This document shows, one piece after another, positions 62,158 through 64,000 of a stretch of 64,000 nt of DNA. The notes below the pieces were generated by a model. The model searched no databases, was not told the DNA's origin, and was given only the letters and a program-made list of their open reading frames with translations. Source of the DNA: an uncultured Microbacteriaceae bacterium (lineage in GTDB: Bacteria; Actinomycetota; Actinomycetes; Actinomycetales; Microbacteriaceae); assembly GCA_934661165.1 (NCBI GenBank), contig CAKUJB010000001.1, positions 1,889-65,888 of the forward strand. The letters are read 5' to 3'. How positions within the stretch are numbered: position 1 is the first letter of the stretch; every line of letters starts with the position of its first letter. Position numbers and translations under genes: made by a program.

Positions 62158-62441
62158 GGAGATCCTGAGGCTCCGCTGAGCCTCGACTGAGGCCGCGTCG
62201 CTAGCGTGAAGTCGCTGGCGCGTGTCCCGGGCGTGCTGCGGCTCCACCGCGGAGCACCGCCGACCTGCTCGGCGACGCGAGGAAGCGAGGCCCAGTGCAG
62301 GATCAAGACGCCCGCCGCGATGCCCCGCCACGGCTGCCGCCCGGCCTCGCCGCGGAAGGCGCATTCCGCGCTCGCTTCCGCGATATCATCACGGAGACGT
62401 CCCCCGCGAGGACGAGCGACCCGCACCGGGAGGCCGAGCCG

Positions 62442-63206
62442 ATGAATGCGCCGCAGACCGCCGTCGTGATCGAGGACGAGGCGGACATCCGCGGCCTCCT
62501 CGCGGAGGTGCTCCAGCAGGCGGGATTCGTCGTGCACACCGCGGCGAGCGGGATCGAGGGCCTTGAGCTCGTCGAGACCCACCGGCCGACGGTCACGACC
62601 CTCGATGTGAGCATGCCGGGCATGGACGGGTTCGAGACGGCGAAGCGGATCCGCGCGGTGAGCGACACCTACCTCGTCATGCTGACGGCCCGCGCGGACG
62701 AAATCGACGTGCTCCAGGGCCTGCAGGCCGGCGCCGACGACTACGTCACGAAGCCGTTCCGCCCCCGCGAGCTGCGGGCGCGCATCGAGGCGATGCTCCG
62801 CCGCCCCCGCACGACTGTCGATCCCCAAGCGGACTCGCCGGCGCCGACACCGACGGGTGCGACGCGCGAGGCGAGCCAGTACCCCGGCTGGCTCGAGCAC
62901 CGCGACCTGCGCCTCCACCCCGAGCTCCGGCTCGTCACGGTCGGCGGCCGCGACGTCGAGCTCACGAAGAGCGAGTTCGACATCCTCCACGAGTTCTTCC
63001 GCGCCGGCCGGCGAATCGTCGGCAAGGAGGATCTCGTCCTCCATCTGCACGGCGACCGAGGATACGGCGGCTACGTGAGCGAGCACGACACCCGCGCCAT
63101 CGAGGTCCACGTCGCGAACATCCGGCGCAAGCTCGGCGAGTCCGCGATCAGCCCGACCTGGATCGAGACGATCCGCGGCATCGGCTACCGGCTCACGGCC
63201 GGCTGA
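62442..63206 (+). CDS. OmpR-family response regulator (no cognate kinase in window)
   Basis: ATG at 62442 gives MNAPQTAVVIEDEADIRGLL...TLDVSMPGMDG...ADDYVTKPF. A ~35-aa Pro/Thr-rich linker precedes the winged helix ...IRGIGYRLTAG. Confidence 0.85.
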   Translation: MNAPQTAVVIEDEADIRGLLAEVLQQAGFVVHTAASGIEGLELVETHRPTVTTLDVSMPGMDGFETAKRIRAVSDTYLVMLTARADEIDVLQGLQAGADDYVTKPFRPRELRARIEAMLRRPRTTVDPQADSPAPTPTGATREASQYPGWLEHRDLRLHPELRLVTVGGRDVELTKSEFDILHEFFRAGRRIVGKEDLVLHLHGDRGYGGYVSEHDTRAIEVHVANIRRKLGESAISPTWIETIRGIGYRLTAG

Positions 63207-63215
63207 CCGCGCGGC

Positions 63216-63941
63216 TCAGGCCCGCGGCGGCAGCGTCCGCTCGACGATGTCCTCGCCCGACACGACGAGCCGTCCGCGATCCTCCCCCGTCGCCGAGCGC
63301 CTCGCCGCCTCGCACGCCGACTCGATGAGCGTCGCCAGCGGGATCGAGCCGCTCATCGCGACGCCGAAGCCCGTGACGGGCAGCACCGAGCCCTCCAGCC
63401 GGGAGAGGTCCTCGACAACCCGCCCGTACACGCGATTGCCGATCCGGTTCGCCTCGCCGACGGTCGACGGGGCGAGAATGGCGATGAGCGCACCGGGACC
63501 GCCCGCACCCGGAATCGCAGCGACCGGGAGATGCTGCAGCCAGCTCGCCCGCCAGACGCGCTCGAGGCGCTGCTGGACGTCGGCGCCGAGGGCGGTCGCG
63601 ATCCCCGGCAGATCCGCGGCGGTCATCGCGAGCACCGCGATCTGCTCGCCCTTGTCCTGCGCCCGCGTTCCGAGCAGCTCGACGATCGGGCCGAGTGAGC
63701 CGGCGACGAGCGCGCCGTCGACGTCCACCTGGAACTCCCTCGCGTCGAGCTGTGCCGCCGGGGGCACGTCGTCCGCCGCGCGACGCGCCACGAGCGTCGT
63801 GACCGCGACGACCGCGAGCACCATCGCGCTCACCGCCGTCGCGATCGGGTACGCGCCGTAGCCGCCGGCGCGGTGATGCGCCGGATCGAGCAGCACCCAG
63901 AGGAACCAGACCGCGTTGAGCAGGCCGACCGCGCCGAGCAC
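63216..63941 (-). CDS. hypothetical membrane-associated protein (start may lie beyond window end)
   Basis: ORF of at least 241 aa with two N-terminal hydrophobic segments. The frame stays open upstream to position 64000, so the true start is undetermined. No motif recognised. Confidence 0.45.
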   Translation of the reverse strand: MLGAVGLLNAVWFLWVLLDPAHHRAGGYGAYPIATAVSAMVLAVVAVTTLVARRAADDVPPAAQLDAREFQVDVDGALVAGSLGPIVELLGTRAQDKGEQIAVLAMTAADLPGIATALGADVQQRLERVWRASWLQHLPVAAIPGAGGPGALIAILAPSTVGEANRIGNRVYGRVVEDLSRLEGSVLPVTGFGVAMSGSIPLATLIESACEAARRSATGEDRGRLVVSGEDIVERTLPPRA

Positions 63942-64000
63942 GATCGTGAGGACCTGGGTGTCGCGTCGACCCAGTCGGCCCCGACGCGACTCGATCGCCG

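Noticed and set aside
62167-62184. The hairpin GAGGCTC-CGCT-GAGCCTC as a terminator of the DUF4126 gene.
   Set aside because: The stem is only 7 bp with no U-tract, which is too weak to list as a feature.

Overview
This window is a high-GC actinobacterial chromosome segment. Gene content and synteny (RbpA, WhiA, OpcA, SenX3/RegX3-like pair, L31 type B, tkt-tal-pgi-zwf-opcA-pgl, gap-pgk-tpiA-secG, uvrABC) look Micrococcales/Microbacteriaceae-like, but the taxon cannot be confirmed from sequence alone. I call about 70 protein genes and one tRNA; I saw no rRNA and no CRISPR array. Most of the window (7.6-64 kb) is ordinary core genome: DNA repair (dinB, uvrA/B/C), glycogen (glgA/glgC), SUF Fe-S assembly, heme A/O synthesis, the Pst/PhoU/two-component phosphate module, the oxidative pentose-phosphate operon, lower glycolysis, sodA, whiA/rapZ and coaE. 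The many very long ORFs antisense to these genes are high-GC artefacts. The one clear accessory region is a ~6.4 kb, visibly AT-richer island (1127-7543). It is inserted at the 3' end of tRNA-Leu(GAG), bounded by a perfect 29-bp direct repeat, and carries only a ~60-codon remnant of a tyrosine integrase. The island holds a single six-gene, translationally coupled minus-strand operon. Its core is a TerY-P-type triad: a vWA/TerY-like protein, a PP2C phosphatase and an atypical Ser/Thr kinase with Zn-ribbons and a C-terminal membrane anchor. Three extra genes surround the triad: two different PIN-like nuclease-domain proteins and a Ser/Gly/Arg-rich low-complexity protein. This expanded triad is my main candidate for a previously undescribed defence/signalling system. 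Secondary observations are PHO-box-like direct repeats upstream of pstS and in the sensor kinase/phoU intergenic region, a 16-bp palindrome resembling a LexA box upstream of uvrA, an intercistronic pstS-pstC hairpin, absence of yvcK between rapZ and whiA, and a SUF cluster lacking sufR/sufS/sufU. All calls rest on my own reading of the ORF translations and the nucleotide sequence; no database search was run.
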